From: Deltaproteobacteria bacterium
Lineage (GTDB): Bacteria > Myxococcota_A > Polyangia > Polyangiales > Houyiibacteriaceae
NCBI GenBank assembly: GCA_034670305.1
Contig: JAXMNT010000031.1
Span: forward strand, 28,876 to 92,875
Reading direction: 5' to 3'
Length of the DNA stretch: 64,000 bases
The notes beneath the pieces are model-generated. The model had not been told where the DNA came from, did no database searches, and worked only from the letters and a program-made list of their open reading frames with translations. This document shows positions 62,323-64,000 of this stretch, piece after piece. Position 1 is the first letter of the stretch, and the number at the start of each line of letters is the position of its first letter. Position numbers and translations under genes: made by a program.

Positions 62323-63879
62323 GTGCCCGATTCGATCCTCGATGCCCTGCCTGATCCAGTGGTGGTCGTGCGCGATGGCATCGTCCGGCGCATCAACGGG
62401 AAGATGGCCGCCCTGTTGCGGGTCGATCGCGACGTCGTGGAAGGCCGCACGCTCGAGGATCTCGTGGAGACGCTTCCCGATCTTCACGCCGCGTCGGACG
62501 ACGCCGGCGCATCGGTCCGGCTCGTCTTCCGCCCCCCCGACGGCGCCCGCGTCGCGCTCGACGTACGGGTTGGCCAGGCCCCGGATGAGGAAGGGCTGGA
62601 CCTGGTGCTCGTCTGCCACGACGCCACCGAAGCGGCGAGCCTCCACGAGACGATCGGCCAACTGAGCGCGCTCTACGTGACCCGGCGCAGCGCCGCGATG
62701 ATCGACCTCGATTCGCTGCTGCGCGAGAGCCGGCCGGTGTTCGAAGGGCTCGGTTGGAACATCGGCCTCTGGGAGATCGACTCAGCGCACGCGACGCTCC
62801 GGTACTCGTACTTCGCGCTCCCCGAGGGGGTGAGCCTCGGTCCGAGCGCGTCCCTCATCCGTGCGCTCGAAGGGCGACGTCTTCCGCTCGAGAAGGTCCC
62901 GCGCGTGGCAGAGGTCGTGCGGAACCGGCGGGGGGTGTTTGCCTCGAACCTTCCGCAGATCGGCGCGGCGCTTCTGTCCAAACTCGATCTGAAGAGCGAG
63001 GACGTGGAAGGCCAGATGAAGGAAGCGGGCTTTCTGCGCGGTGCCTTCGCGCCGGTCTTCGTTCAGGAGCGGGTGCGCTACGTCTTGCTGGTCAGCGGAC
63101 AGCGCCTCTCGGAACGCGACTTCGCCGCGGTTCAGCTCTTCGCGGCCATGATCAGCGCCGCGGAGCAAGTAAGCGAACTCGGCGAAGAGGTCGCGCGTCA
63201 GGAGCGGCACGCCGCGCTTGGGCAGATGGCGACGCAGGTCGCCCACGAGGTGCGCAACCCGCTGGCGGTGTTGTTCCAGGTCACCAGCCAGATGAGGCGG
63301 CGCCTCGGTCTCGGCGAAGACGTGGACGACTTGCTCACGATGGTCGATCAGGAATCTCGGCGGCTGAGTCGGCTGGTCGACGATCTGGTGCACTTCGCCG
63401 CGCCGCTCGTGCCGCGCATCCGGGAAGTGCATCTGAGCACCATCGTTCGGCAAACCATCGAGAGCCTTCAGAGCGAGCCACTGGAGCGCATCGAGGAGTG
63501 TGTGCGGGTGTCGCCGGGCCTCGACGATCACTCGGTGCTCGCGGATCCCATTCTGCTTCGGCAGGCGCTCGCGCATTTGCTCACCAACGCCTGCGCGTTC
63601 GCGGGCGACGAAGGCCACGTCGAACTGACCGCGCAGCGCGAGGGGAAGCGGGTCCGGCTGAAGGTCTGCAACAGTGGACCGCCGCTGTCGGCCGAAGTGG
63701 CCAGGCGGGTGTTCGAACCGTTCTTCACCACGAAGGCGGTGGGAAGTGGCCTGGGGCTCGCGGTGGTCCGGCGCTTGGTCGAAGACATCGGTGGCCGAGT
63801 GACGCTCGACCCCAGCGACGACAGCATCGTGTTCTCGGTCTGGCTCCCGGCCGCGAAGCCGACCACGACGACACCCTAG
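62323..63879 (+). CDS. PAS/GAF sensor histidine kinase
   Basis: N-terminal PAS-like region; AHEVRNPL H-box, LLTNA, FEPFFTTK..GSGLGL. Confidence 0.92.
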   Translation: MPDSILDALPDPVVVVRDGIVRRINGKMAALLRVDRDVVEGRTLEDLVETLPDLHAASDDAGASVRLVFRPPDGARVALDVRVGQAPDEEGLDLVLVCHDATEAASLHETIGQLSALYVTRRSAAMIDLDSLLRESRPVFEGLGWNIGLWEIDSAHATLRYSYFALPEGVSLGPSASLIRALEGRRLPLEKVPRVAEVVRNRRGVFASNLPQIGAALLSKLDLKSEDVEGQMKEAGFLRGAFAPVFVQERVRYVLLVSGQRLSERDFAAVQLFAAMISAAEQVSELGEEVARQERHAALGQMATQVAHEVRNPLAVLFQVTSQMRRRLGLGEDVDDLLTMVDQESRRLSRLVDDLVHFAAPLVPRIREVHLSTIVRQTIESLQSEPLERIEECVRVSPGLDDHSVLADPILLRQALAHLLTNACAFAGDEGHVELTAQREGKRVRLKVCNSGPPLSAEVARRVFEPFFTTKAVGSGLGLAVVRRLVEDIGGRVTLDPSDDSIVFSVWLPAAKPTTTTP

Positions 63880-63955
63880 CAGGTTGCTGAAGAACGCCCG
63901 CAGGGCGTTCTCGCAGCCTGCCCCTTGCCCCTGCCCTTGCCTTTGCCCTTGCCCG
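63876..63955 (+). mobile_element. IS/MITE-like terminal IR with hairpin and (CCCTTG)n tail
   Basis: CTAGCAGGTTGCTGAAGAA closely matches CTAGCAGGTCGCTGAAAAG at 8833; both overlap a TAG stop codon. Confidence 0.6.
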
Positions 63956-64000
63956 CGGATCAGCGGTCAGATCGCTTGATCAGCGCGACGAGCATCGCGA

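Overview
High-GC bacterial chromosome window (roughly 70% GC by eye). Eukaryotic-like Ser/Thr kinases, AgmX/PglI-type domains and Cys-rich and DxDxDG lipoproteins suggest Myxococcota, probably Polyangia/Sandaracinaceae-like (inference). Housekeeping genes: purF, purH, purD, dapA, dapB, queA, tgt, katG and two acyl-CoA dehydrogenases. Main items of interest: (1) an operon with two Fur-like boxes encoding a DUF4856-like lipoprotein, an imelysin, a vitamin-K-dependent gamma-carboxylase homologue and a TonB-dependent receptor with an acidic N-terminal arm; (2) a type I restriction-modification island carrying an embedded GIY-YIG/DUF4357 nuclease and a terminal HEPN-motif protein; (3) a RAYT-like HUH/Y1 transposase enclosed by ~250-bp inverted repeats; (4) a four-helix-bundle (Avd/IVS-like) gene with a highly structured leader, bracketed by oppositely oriented simple repeats; (5) an LtrA-KirBac channel fusion; (6) a eukaryote-type UMP-CMP kinase with an extra N-terminal domain; (7) several dispersed repeat families and an IS remnant not shown in the ORF track. 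No CRISPR array, rRNA or tRNA was recognised. All family calls come from motif recognition by eye; no database searches were run.
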